Assembly: GCA_965644315.1 (NCBI GenBank)
Contig: CBFFRQ010000039.1
Coordinates: 62,001 to 126,000 of the forward strand
Direction: 5' to 3'
Origin: Caecitellus pseudoparvulus
Lineage: Eukaryota > Protista > Bigyra: Bicosoecida
Length of the DNA: 64,000 nucleotides
A program made the translations under genes and the position numbers. The notes beneath the pieces are model-generated. The model was given only the letters and a program-made list of their open reading frames with translations. It was not told the DNA's origin and searched no databases. Below are positions 1 to 10,778 of this stretch, piece by piece; the stretch's first letter is position 1; every line of letters begins with the position of its first letter.

Positions 1-3000
1 GAAGCCTCATTCTCCATCTCTGAGAACGCCGCGGCCTGCAACCTTTGCAAGCCTTCCTTCTTCGGGACGGGCGTCGTGGGTGCCCCCAGCTTCGAGGAAG
101 CGTGTGCTGAGTGCCCGCCTGGACGCAGCACGCGTGGAGAAGGCATGAAGGATGAAGGCGAATGTGGCGAGTGCGGGGTGGGAACGTACCGCAAGGCGGG
201 CATGGCAGCGTGCGAGGAGTGCAGTGATGGCACTTTCTCCTCCGATGGATTTGAGTCTTGCTCTGCTTGTCCGGCTGGGTGGTACGGGCGTGGGGACGGC
301 CTTGGGCCTGGGTACAAGGATGCCTGTGCACCTTGCGCAGCAGGGAAGGCGTCCACGACAAAGGGAGCGCCACACGCCAGCACTTGCACCGCTTGTGGTA
401 CGGGCCGTTGGTCAAGTGAAGGCGCCACCACTTGCGTAGCTTGCGGGGCTGGCACGTACCGCGACCCATCCAGTGGTTGCCAGCCTTGTCCAGCTGGGCA
501 GTACAGCAGCGGTGGCAAGGACACATGCACGCTGTGCCCCAATGGGCGATACCGCACCTCAACTGGAGGTAAGGTGGAAGGTGACTGCACTGCCTGTCCT
601 GCTGGACGATACGGGCTGGGGACTGGGAAGTCGTCGCTTGCAGCTGGCTGCGGCGCCTGCGCAGATGGCGCCTGGTCTGCTTCTGGTGCTGCTAGCTGCT
701 ACGACTGCCCACCAGGAAAGTACCAGACAGGCGCTGGCTGCATCCCGTGCGGCAAAGGCACGTACCAAGATGAGTCTAAGACGCTCTCGTGCAAGGATTG
801 CCCTGTTGGCCGCCACAACACCATTCTGGGGCGAAGTACACTGGATGCCTGCTACTGGTGCCCAGCTGGCAGGTTCACCGGCTCTTCGACTGAACCGTAC
901 ATACGCAGCACTGGCCGATCATTCTGCACTGATTGCCTGGCTGGGCGGTATCGTGCGGTGGACGAGGGCGGCAACTGCATCGCATGTGGCAATGGCGAGT
1001 ACCAGAGCAGCACCGGAGCCACAGAGTGCACGGCTTGCCCTGTGGGACGCTACCATGCGACGTCCCAGAGGACTGCGCTGTCTCAGTGTGCGCTCTGTGC
1101 GCCTGGGAAGTACACTGGCTCCGTTCGCAGCAGCACGTGCAGCTCGTGTGACCCTGGTTCGTTTGCCAGCGAGTCTGGTATGTCAACTTGCTCGCTTTGT
1201 GCCGCCGGACTGTATGCGAGCAGTGGTGGGGTGGCGGCTTGTACGAAGTGTCCGGTGGGCAAGTTTATGGACGGCCTGGGCGCCACCACTTGCACTTCAT
1301 GTCCCTCTGGGCGGTACCAGGACGGGCTTGGCAGCACGGTGTGCAAGGCTTGCCCAGCTGGTCGGCACCGAGACACTCGGCTCGCAGCACACGCTGGTGC
1401 GACACAGTGCTACGCGTGCGCGCCAGGCAGTTTCACGTCTCGAGAAGGCGTGCACATCACTTGCTCAGCGTGCACGCCAGGCTTCCACCAGGCAGACTGG
1501 GGTCAGACTGGCTGTAACACGTGCAACAGGGGCAAACACTCGCCCGGTTCAGGAGCATCTCTGTGCACGCTTTGCCCGGCCGGTCGGTACGAAGACAGCA
1601 CCACCAGTGCTGTGATTGAGTGCAAGACGTGCCCCAAGGGGCGCAAGTGCAGCGGCACTGGGCTGACTGAAGCACAGAAGTGCCCCCTTGGCCAGCACCA
1701 GCCCTTGACAGGGCAAACAGTCTGCAACGCCTGCGGCGTTGGGACGTACGCTGGCAGCACAGGGCTTGTGGACTGCACTGCGTGCTCGAAGGGACAGTTC
1801 CAGTCTGAGACGGGGCAGTCTCTTTGCGTGGACTGCGAAGGCGGCCGATACTCGGGCACAACCGGGCAGTCCACCTGTGATGCCTGTCCTGCAGGCAAGC
1901 ATGGAGGGACAGGGCTGTCTATATGCCAGAACTGCCAAGCTGGCTGGGCACAAGGCAGCACTGGCAAGTCGACATGCGTGCTGTGTGGTGCAGGCAAGTT
2001 CCAGGGCGGGTCTGGGGCATCGGTGTGCGAAGCATGTGCGCCTGGGACAGTGAGCGGTGCGCCAGTTTTCTTCATCCCCACCACCTGGAACCTTGCATGC
2101 AGTGAATGTGAAGCGGGGAAGTCTCAGCCAAACTCTGAGAAGGCAACCTGCGAGCCATGCGCGTCGGGCAAGTTCCAGCCTTCGACGGGCAAGAGCGAGT
2201 GCCTCGACTGCCGACGCGGGGCGTACATGTCGAGCACAGGCGCGACAGCCTGTGCCACGTGTCCTGTGGGGCGAGCGACTCACTTGACAGGGCAGAGCGC
2301 CTGCTCCACGTGCCCTGCTGGGAGGTACGCGCTCGACGCGGCCAAGGGCGACTTGTCCAAGTCGTACCTGAACTCGTACTGCATGTGGTGTGGCCCAGGC
2401 ACGATGTCCCTTGGCAACACTGGGAAGTCAACTGGCATTCTCGCAGGGGCCGTGTCTGAGGCCGTGCCTGGCTGGTCTGTCCTCGGTGTGGACGGTGTGT
2501 TCGACACGAAACACTCACTGGCAACTCCTGCCGTCATCGCGGCCTCTCGGCCGCCCAATGAAGCCAAGGGGCTGTGGCGTCTGCCACTGAGTGAGGCAGC
2601 TGCACTCACAAGCATGGCACATGTTACACCAGAGATGGGCAAGGTGATGCAAGCTGTGCTGGGCGGTGAGGGGTGCCTCATGTGCACTCCGGGCAAGGCC
2701 ACGTCGGGCTGGAGCCAAGGTTCCTGCACGAACTGTGAGCCAGGATTGTACCAGCCAGGGCACGGCCACCGCTTCTGCAACGCCTGCCCGAGTGGAAAGT
2801 ACTCTGCAGAGAAGACAATCGGCGGTGTGTCGCGAGGCAGCACAGTTGGGGCAACGGCATGCTGGGACTGCCCTGCTGGTCGCATGCAGGTGATGCGGGG
2901 CATGAGCACCTGCTCCAGGTGCAGCCCTGGCTTCTTCAGCTCAGGTGTGGGCCAGGAGGTTTGCTCCCCCTGCCCTGCTGGTCGCTTCACGGGCGGCTTC

Positions 3001-5493
3001 GGGGCCACTGAGTGCGACCGGTGCCCGGCTGGCAAGAGCAACCTGGTCGTGGGGCAGAGCGTTTGCGTGGACTGCTCCCCCGGGACGTACGCAGCAGGCT
3101 CTGGCACGAAGCTGTGCACACTGTGCTCCCCAGGCACTTTCACGGATGCCACTGGCGTGTCGGCCTGCAGTCAGTGTGGGCCAGGCAGGTACACCGGTTC
3201 TGCAGGCCGAACAGAGTGCCAATTGTGCCCTGCAGGCAAACACTCCAGTCTGATGGCCACGCACAGCATCGGAGCCAGCATTTGCCAGGACTGCGCGAGA
3301 GGACGGTACAGCCCCGAGGCAGGTGCTGTGCAGTGTACGAAGGCGACCCCAGGCAGGTACGTGTCAGGGCGAGGGCAGAGCACCACACAGGCTTGCCCTG
3401 TTGGAAGGTTCAGTCGGGAACACGCCGCGGCTCCCAGCGAGGGTGCACTCGTTCCACCTTCATCCGCTCCCATGCCAGGCGGCGTGGGCGTGCCTGTCAT
3501 GGACTCCTCTGTCACTTGTGAGCTGTGCCATGCTGGCAAGTACTGTGATGCACCAGGTATGACACTCAGCGACGCAAAGCTGTGCAAGGCTGGGCGGTGG
3601 GGGAGGCCAGGGGCGACTTCGCCAGCTTGCCATGGGGCCTGTCCAGCTGGTCGCATGTGCCCAGACGGCACGGCTGAAGGTGCTTCTCTGCCCTGCACTG
3701 CGGGCACGTTCTGCCCGGTGGGAACAGGCGCGACGGGGCCACGAGTGACTCCTGGCTTCTACTCGTACGACTCGGACGCTGGCAGTGCCAGTACCACAGG
3801 GGGAACTGATCAAGCCCGTTGCCCGCCTGGGCATTTCTGTGTCGATGGCAGGCTTGCCAAGTGCCCTGCTGGGAGATACGAGTCCAAGTTCGGCAAGACT
3901 GCGTGCAAGAACCTCTGTTCCCCGGGCTTCTTCTGTCCAGAAGGCTCGACGCAGGATCGGATGCAGGCCTGTGCAGCTGGCAAGGACTCGCCTCAAGAAT
4001 GGTACTGCCCAGAGGGCGTGTCAATACCCATGCGCACGTCAGACTACACTGCAGCTTCTTCTCCAGGACAGTACACCCCAGCCCACGAACCACCCACTCA
4101 GCGCACCCAGTCCACGGTTTGCTCAGGCACGACAGCGTGCTGGAAAGGCGTGCAGTACCCTAGACTAACTTTCGCAGATGACGTGTGCAAGAAAGGCTTC
4201 GGCTCCATCACTGCAACAGTCCCCAGCCTGGTGGGCGAGTCCACTATCACCATGGAACCCAAGACCTTGACTCTGCAAGAGCGGATGTCTGGGCCGCTGC
4301 CCTCTCCCATGGGTGCTAGCCTGCTGAGCTTCTCGATGGGCGACTTCCGGCCAGCGCCAGGCTGCAAAGCAAGCAACCCGTTTGCAGTTTCTGCGGCCGG
4401 CTTGCTGACGATGTCAGGAGCCTTATCCCCGCTTGAGTGCCCCTTCATAGGGGTGCGGATCACTGCACTTGCAACAAGCGTCAAGGCAACGTGTGACGTT
4501 GTTGTCCGCATGCAAACTGGCGAGAGTGCGGTTCGCGAGTCTGCTGTGAGCATCGCAGCGGGGTCAGGACACGTCTGCTACATTTTACCGCCAGCCTCAT
4601 CCGGATCCTTGGGCGGCAACTTGATCTGCCTGGCAAGTGGCGGGGATTCTACTCGCGAGAAAACGCTGGCGGCTCCCTCGTCTTTGTATGGATGGATGCA
4701 AGTGGCAGCAGGCGCGGCTCATGTCTGCGGTTTGGATGCCGCGGGCATCGTGAAGTGCTTTGGGCGCCAGCAAGTGTACAGCCGCGGCACGGAGCATGTG
4801 TGGAGCACCCCAACAGGTTGGGGGCGTGCCCGCAGTATTTCTGCGGGGGAGGATTTCACCTGCGTCATCGCTGTTGGAGTGAAGAAGGAGGATAGAATGG
4901 AGGGTGCGGGGCGCCTGCACTGCGTTGGATCCAACGAGGAGCTCGGCTCTGCTTGGGCGGCGGCACAGCCAAGCTTCATGGACAAGCAGATCGCGGCAGT
5001 TTCCGTGGGCGGCAGCGCAGTTTGCGCTATTGCCTCCGGCGACGGCAGCCTCGCTTGCTTCGGCACGTCTGGCGCTTCCCGCTTGCTGGCCAACGTACCG
5101 GCTGGCGCATTCAGCCAAGTCTCTGTGGGGCTCACTGGCAATGCCTGTGGTCTGCGGCGATCTGACTCCAAACTGCTGTGCTGGGGTGCACAGTGGTCCG
5201 TTGGTACCATGGAGTATCCGGCCGCTTTTTCCGCCGTGGCTGTGGGGGAGGACTGGATCTGTGGCGTGTTGCAGAGCAGCAGCAGGCTGCAGTGCTACGG
5301 GAACATCATCCCGCGGGTCTTCGCCTCCTACAGCAACATCCCCACAGAGCCAGTTGTCCAAGTGGCGGCTGGCAAGGACATGCTCTGCGTCACGCGAACG
5401 TCCGGCTTGGTGCAGTGCTTTGGGCGCAGCCAGGTCAGCGCAAGTGCAGTGTCGCGGCTGGGCGAGGGTGTGCTTGCTTTGCTGCCCATGTGA
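1..5493 (+). CDS. Giant cysteine-rich repeat (GCC2/GCC3, ephrin-receptor/TNFR-like CxxCxxG repeats) extracellular protein with C-terminal RCC1/BLIP-II-like 7-bladed beta-propeller; 5' truncated by window edge
   Basis: Frame 1 is open from base 1 (EASFSISENAAACNLCKP...), so the ORF-track GTG at 76 is not the true start. Dozens of CxxCPxGxY/F repeats run to about 4150. Seven repeats of type (S/Q/A)(V/I)xxGxxhxCx(L/I) follow at about 4540-5430. Stop TGA at 5493. Confidence 0.85.
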   Translation, partial: EASFSISENAAACNLCKPSFFGTGVVGAPSFEEACAECPPGRSTRGEGMKDEGECGECGVGTYRKAGMAACEECSDGTFSSDGFESCSACPAGWYGRGDGLGPGYKDACAPCAAGKASTTKGAPHASTCTACGTGRWSSEGATTCVACGAGTYRDPSSGCQPCPAGQYSSGGKDTCTLCPNGRYRTSTGGKVEGDCTACPAGRYGLGTGKSSLAAGCGACADGAWSASGAASCYDCPPGKYQTGAGCIPCGKGTYQDESKTLSCKDCPVGRHNTILGRSTLDACYWCPAGRFTGSSTEPYIRSTGRSFCTDCLAGRYRAVDEGGNCIACGNGEYQSSTGATECTACPVGRYHATSQRTALSQCALCAPGKYTGSVRSSTCSSCDPGSFASESGMSTCSLCAAGLYASSGGVAACTKCPVGKFMDGLGATTCTSCPSGRYQDGLGSTVCKACPAGRHRDTRLAAHAGATQCYACAPGSFTSREGVHITCSACTPGFHQADWGQTGCNTCNRGKHSPGSGASLCTLCPAGRYEDSTTSAVIECKTCPKGRKCSGTGLTEAQKCPLGQHQPLTGQTVCNACGVGTYAGSTGLVDCTACSKGQFQSETGQSLCVDCEGGRYSGTTGQSTCDACPAGKHGGTGLSICQNCQAGWAQGSTGKSTCVLCGAGKFQGGSGASVCEACAPGTVSGAPVFFIPTTWNLACSECEAGKSQPNSEKATCEPCASGKFQPSTGKSECLDCRRGAYMSSTGATACATCPVGRATHLTGQSACSTCPAGRYALDAAKGDLSKSYLNSYCMWCGPGTMSLGNTGKSTGILAGAVSEAVPGWSVLGVDGVFDTKHSLATPAVIAASRPPNEAKGLWRLPLSEAAALTSMAHVTPEMGKVMQAVLGGEGCLMCTPGKATSGWSQGSCTNCEPGLYQPGHGHRFCNACPSGKYSAEKTIGGVSRGSTVGATACWDCPAGRMQVMRGMSTCSRCSPGFFSSGVGQEVCSPCPAGRFTGGFGATECDRCPAGKSNLVVGQSVCVDCSPGTYAAGSGTKLCTLCSPGTFTDATGVSACSQCGPGRYTGSAGRTECQLCPAGKHSSLMATHSIGASICQDCARGRYSPEAGAVQCTKATPGRYVSGRGQSTTQACPVGRFSREHAAAPSEGALVPPSSAPMPGGVGVPVMDSSVTCELCHAGKYCDAPGMTLSDAKLCKAGRWGRPGATSPACHGACPAGRMCPDGTAEGASLPCTAGTFCPVGTGATGPRVTPGFYSYDSDAGSASTTGGTDQARCPPGHFCVDGRLAKCPAGRYESKFGKTACKNLCSPGFFCPEGSTQDRMQACAAGKDSPQEWYCPEGVSIPMRTSDYTAASSPGQYTPAHEPPTQRTQSTVCSGTTACWKGVQYPRLTFADDVCKKGFGSITATVPSLVGESTITMEPKTLTLQERMSGPLPSPMGASLLSFSMGDFRPAPGCKASNPFAVSAAGLLTMSGALSPLECPFIGVRITALATSVKATCDVVVRMQTGESAVRESAVSIAAGSGHVCYILPPASSGSLGGNLICLASGGDSTREKTLAAPSSLYGWMQVAAGAAHVCGLDAAGIVKCFGRQQVYSRGTEHVWSTPTGWGRARSISAGEDFTCVIAVGVKKEDRMEGAGRLHCVGSNEELGSAWAAAQPSFMDKQIAAVSVGGSAVCAIASGDGSLACFGTSGASRLLANVPAGAFSQVSVGLTGNACGLRRSDSKLLCWGAQWSVGTMEYPAAFSAVAVGEDWICGVLQSSSRLQCYGNIIPRVFASYSNIPTEPVVQVAAGKDMLCVTRTSGLVQCFGRSQVSASAVSRLGEGVLALLPM

Positions 5494-6052
5494 GCTGCAG
5501 CAGCTCACCGCTTGAAAACTTGAGACCCTATTCTCCAAGCGTTTGCTCGTTCCGCGTGTGGCAACTTGATGCCTCATTCGTCTATCTCCCACTGTTCAGG
5601 TCTATTCCTTCTTTCTGCCCGCTCTTTGAGCAAGCTGCGCGCTCGCTGTCAGATTGATGCTCTGAATGCAGCTTGCTTTCGCGTGGCAGCCAGATCCAAG
5701 CCCCGAAAGCATTCGTCCTGCATTGTTGGAACAAGAGCTACTTGACTGCCACAGCGGTGACTGCTGCCTTCAATTCATTCCTGTCACTGTATGTAGTCAT
5801 TGAGCAAGTCGTCCTACACCTACAAATGAAGAGCTGCGCAGCACCAAGCACCAACTGCACAGCAAGCCGCTAACGCTCAATATCTTCTCCCCCCAGAAGT
5901 CCCATGTATACGTGGAAGCCAGCAGTGCCTCCACTCGGCTCCTGTGGCATGCGTCTGCCTGGGCTGCGTGCCACCATCTTCCTCCAGCGTCCCATCATTG
6001 CCAAGCCTGACCCTCTCGCAGCTTCACCGGACAAAGCGCCTTGCTGGAAGTC

Positions 6053-9000
6053 ATGGACGCTTCGCCTTTTGCCCTTGTGGGCGGCTTTGGTGCGCTCTTG
6101 CGGCCCTAGGCTTGCTGCACCCCGCCCCTGTCACTCCCAGTGCCGCGCTCTACGCACAGAGCCGACGCCAGAGGAGCGGCAGACAAAGCTGCTGCTGGAC
6201 ACGGCGACACAGCACAAGGTGTGTGGCTCGCAAGCACAGGCCGCCACACGCACCCCAGAGCTGCACCCCCCACCACACTTTCTCTGCGCAGAGTGCCCTC
6301 GGGAAGCTCCTGGGCGCCGTGCAGGGCACTGCCCCGACTCGCCTGGCCAGCAATGTGGGTGGTGCAGTGCACTTTGCCACGCCAAGCTGCGGCACACCCT
6401 GCCCCTGCGCGATGCTTCGCAGACAAAGCCCATTGGGGTGGGAACGGCACCAATTGAGCGCGTGGAGGTGCTTGATCTCATTCAAACCGACGAGGAGCTG
6501 CTGGACAAGGTGCGCTGGCATGGGAGGGTCGCGTGGCAAAGTCCGCACTGGCATTCGCCGCGCTGCGACGCAGATCTTGATGGTCCTCACTTCCCTCTGC
6601 GACGAGATGAAGCACCTGGAACGCACAGCACGCGAATCCTACTTCGAGCCGCTGTCTCTCTTTGGGTGTGGCAAGGTGAGGGCTGCGGCTCGAGTGTGGC
6701 TCACTTGCGCACCACGCACAACCCACCTAAACTGCTGCCTCGCAGGACGATGACGCGACCGAGTGGCCAGCGGGGGAGTTGGAGTTGCAGTTGGGGCGCG
6801 CCATGCCGCTGCTGCAGGAGGTGGCCAATTTCGCTGACCGGGTGAACGCTGTCGTGCAGAACGCGCTGCACCAGATGTGCGCCCTCCTGGATCGTCGGTC
6901 ACATTTGTACTCCTTGTGGAGCGCCGTGAACCTGACGCCTTTCTGGACCAGCTTGGGCGCTATTCTCACGACGCTGCAGGTGCTGGACGGCATCGTCCGC
7001 TCCAACGGCGCGCTGGAAGAGGCGTGGGAGGGCTTCAAGGGACTCCTTGCCGCACGGAAGCGGGCCGCCACTGCGCCGTCGTCGGGGGAGGCGCCGCCTG
7101 CGCCAGACGCCGAGTTGCTGGCGCTGGAGCGCCTCATGGCCAGCTTGGACCTGAACTTGATGCAGGGCAACCTGTACCAAGCCTGTGTGGAGCAGTACTT
7201 TGACACCAAGGCGGAAGGGGCCATGGAGTCGGACGCGCCCATGCAAGTGGGCGCGAACGCCGTCCTGCTGGCCCAGATGTACGCCGTGGTGGAGCAGCGC
7301 GTGAACAGCCTGTTAAAAGTCGTCGGCTCCGACGCCGAGACCGACGAGCGCTTGCAGTTGGTGCACGCGTTTTCGCTGTACGGGCTGGTGCGCACGCTGA
7401 CGCCGCCGACGGCGGAGCCCAAGGTGGAGCTGTTTCGCTTCCTGTGGAAGGTGCAGAAGAAAGTGCCGTTGGTGCCGCTGTGGGGGCAGGTGCACTGGCT
7501 GCCTGACCAGTTCCTGCTGGAGTTTGGCAAGATGGAGCGCCTGGTGCAGGCACGCAAGTTGGACCCACGGGACCCAGCGGCCCACCGCGTCGCCGCTTGC
7601 GCTGGGCTGGACAAGGAGCTGGAGGCGTGGGTGATGGGCTTTGCCTGCCGCGTGCACCCGTGGGTCATGCGCTTCGAAGGCGTGTGGGCGGCGGAAGCCC
7701 TGGGGCCGCAGGCTGGCAGCACGGGAGAGGCGGTGGGTGCGTCTCCCTTTGCTGGGGCAGGGGGCAGCCGGGGCATGGGCGGCGGCCCCAGCAGTCTGCG
7801 GCGGCGACGGGCCAGCACGCAGGGTGCTGACATGTCCTGCAGCCCCGTGACTGGGCACGCCCTGACCCGGGAGGCGACGGGGGAGGTGGCGGCGCTGCTG
7901 TCGGCGCGGTGGGCGGCGCTGGAGCAAGCGCTGCAGTTGGCGTGCGCAGGCAAGCGCGTGCTGGCTTCCTACTTTGCCCTGCACCATGCGACGGAGCAGG
8001 GCTTCGGCTCCTCCACCGTGCGAGCAGTGGGCGAGATCGCCTGCCTGCTGAAGGTGATTGAGAGCACGGTGCTGGGTGCACAGCACCGCATTGCCGAGTG
8101 CCTGCCGCTCATGTTCCGGGAGCTGGCCATCCCCGCCTTACGCGTGTTCCGACAAGCCAGTCTCCGCCTGGAACGCCTGCGCAAGGCTGGTTCACTGCAG
8201 GAGCGCACCGCCATGCAAGGCAGCGCGATGCTGTTGATGCAAGACCTGCTCATCGGCACTGAGGCGTGGCCGCACACGCGTCAGATTGCCCTGGCTCTCG
8301 CCACACGCGTGTTGACCCAGCCGTCTGCCGTGGGCACGCTGCTTGTGGACAGCGACATGGGCACTCTCATGGGCCTGCCCGCTTCTGTGTCCAAGCTGGC
8401 CACATGGGTGCCTGCCATCCTGGACGCCTGCGGCACCTCCGTCCTGTACTGGCACCGGCAGCTGCTGCGGCCGCTCGTGCGAGGCTTGGCTTTCCGTGGC
8501 CAGGGCGGGCACCGCACGGGGCGCCTGGGCCTGCTCTTTTCTGCCATGTCTGATGCGTGCATGATGCTGGCCCGCACCGCGCACGAGGTGCCGGTGAGCA
8601 CTCCGCCTGAGGACGCGGCTGCATTTGGCGGCGCAACGGCAGGAGCAGGGCCTGTTGGCAGCCCTTCCGAGCGCCTGTTCACGTACTACTCTGACTGGCT
8701 CCTGCAGGTGCTGCGTGAGGAAGTCATCCAGCCTGCTGCCCGGGCAGTGGAGGTGCAGCTGCTCCTGCAGGTGTCGGCGGTGGCTCTGGACCACAAGTCC
8801 CCGCCAAACCCACGCACACCGCTGGCAGAAGCGGCTGGCGCAGGGTCAGCCATCATGGGCTTGGATAAGGAAGCGGCGGTGGCCGTGGTGCGGTCCCTGC
8901 CGGGCCTGCTGCGCCTGCCCCCCCTCGCCATCGGGCGTGCCCGCGTGCACATTGCCAGCGCCGTCACCTCCCTCGTGGAGGAGCAGTTCTACAAGCTCAC

Positions 9001-10762
9001 TGTCGTGGCGCAGCACGATTGGAAGACGTACGCCCAAATGGCGGCACTGGCCCGCACACACTACGGCCTGCCCATCATCGACCCGCACCTGCCCATGGGC
9101 GTCGTGGACGCGGGCCTGGACGTGCTCATGATCATGCGCAACATCAAGGTGTTCTGCTCCCGCTTCAACTACAACCTGAACACGCAGACGTTCATCGAGC
9201 GCAAGCCCGAGGCGGGCTCCAAGCACATGCACAGCGTCAGCATCCCCACCATCAAGGCCTCCATCCGCCAGCACGGCACGGGCATGATGTCCACGACGGT
9301 GAACTTCGCGTACCAGTACCTGGCCAAGCACTTCAAGGCGCTGTCCAGGTCCCTGCAGGACCAAACCATCAAGTCCCACCTGTCCAAGCAGCGCCGGTGG
9401 TTCCGCAAGAACCGCAAGGAGTTGAACGGGCGCTACCCGTACGCCAACGCGGCGGCCTTCGTGAAGGACGTGCGCAAGCTGGGCATGGTGGACAAGAACA
9501 CCTCCTTCCTGGACCGCCTGCGGGAACACATCGCCCAGATGGGCAACGCCCTCGGCTACGTGCGCATGGTGCGCAGCGCCGGCATGCACCAGGCTGGCAA
9601 GGCGGCAGAGTTCCTCCCCGACGTCGGCTGTGTCCTGGACTTCCGTGCAGCTGCTGAAGACGTCTCCCGCGCGTGCTCGCAGTTCCTGGTGGGGGAGCGG
9701 GACGACCCAGAGGCCGACGACGGTGACGACGGCGAAGGGGAGAAGCAGCCGCTGTCCGAGGCGACGCTGCAGGCGGCAGAGGCGCTGAACGCGGTTATCA
9801 AAGACGTCACTGAGAAGTTCACCGCCTCGGCAGACTACCTGCGCATCCTGAAGACTGCCTTCCGCGAGTCGGCGGACAAGGTGGAGGCGGCCGCCAAGGC
9901 CAGCGCCGAGGCAGGTGGCTCAGGCAGCCGCAGTGCCTCCCGGGAAAACCACCTGCGGAATTTCTTCCTGCTTGTGCCACCCATGACGCTGTCCTTTGTG
10001 CCGGCCCTGCGCGGCGCACGGGACCAGTTGGAGAAAGCGAAGCGGGGACACACGGCGTACTTCACAGACGACGGCTTCGCCATGGGCGTCGCCTTCCTGC
10101 TCAGCGTCTTCCGCCAAGACTCCGCCTTCAACGCCCTGCACTGGTTTGACTCTGTGCGGGAGCAGCACCGGGGTGAGCTGCACGCCATCCAGGCGGAGCG
10201 CCGCGGCCTGTCCAGCCGGCGCAGCAGCGACAAGGAGCGCCTGTCCGAGCTGGACTTCAAGGAGCGCCGCCTGCACAGCATCCAGCGAGAGTACGACGCG
10301 GTGCAGTACGCCCTCAGTGGCGCACGCATCTTTTTTCGGGATGAGCACGCCGCCGCCAAGCGCAAACACGCCGACAAGCCTGTGACACAACAAGCGCCGG
10401 CTGATGCAGCCCCTGCGACGGGCGCTGCTTCGGGCGCAGGGGGTGCTGGGGATGCGGTCCCTGCGGCCCCAGCACCTGCTCCCGCTGCTCAGCCACCGCC
10501 GCCACCTGCAGGTGCAGCCCCAGCACCTGCTCCAGCCCAGGCCCCCCCTCCGCCAGCCGGAGCGGCCCCTCCCGCACCGGCCCCTGCACCTGCCCCCGCA
10601 CCTGCCCCAGCTCAAGCTGAAGTGCCGCCAGAGTACGCTCGGTACGCCAGGTTGATGAAGATGGGCATGCCAGCTGAGCACTTGGCGCTCAAAATGGAGG
10701 CAGAGGGCATGGACCCTGGCGTGCTGGGCATCAGCAGCTCTGCATTGGTGCCGGCGCCGTGA
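6053..10762 (+). CDS. WASHC4: WASH complex subunit 4 (SWIP/KIAA1033) with C-terminal Pro/Ala linker and CCDC53-like motif; 5 short 5' introns
   Basis: Hallmark segments: FYKLTVVAQHDWKTYAQM, GLDVLMIMRNIKVFCSRFNYNLNTQTFIER, SIRQHGTGMMSTTVNFAYQYL, MGNALGYVRMVRS, FTDDGFAMGVAF, SGARIFF. Five GT-AG introns between 6090 and 6745 (e.g. 6090-6159, 6219-6291) splice ATG 6053 in frame to the long ORF, giving a SWIP-like N-terminus (...LDLIQTDEELLDKILMVLTSLCDEMKHL...). Confidence 0.95.
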
Positions 10763-10778
10763 GTGCACGCTGGCGTGC

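Noticed and set aside
76-4150. Periodic repeats as a possible CRISPR or DNA repeat array
   Set aside because: The periodicity is at the protein level (CxxCxxG); the nucleotide copies are divergent, with no identical repeat-spacer structure.
5904-6845. 313-aa and 269-aa ORFs upstream of WASHC4
   Set aside because: Read-through of WASHC4 5' exons and introns in mixed frames; fully explained by the spliced model.
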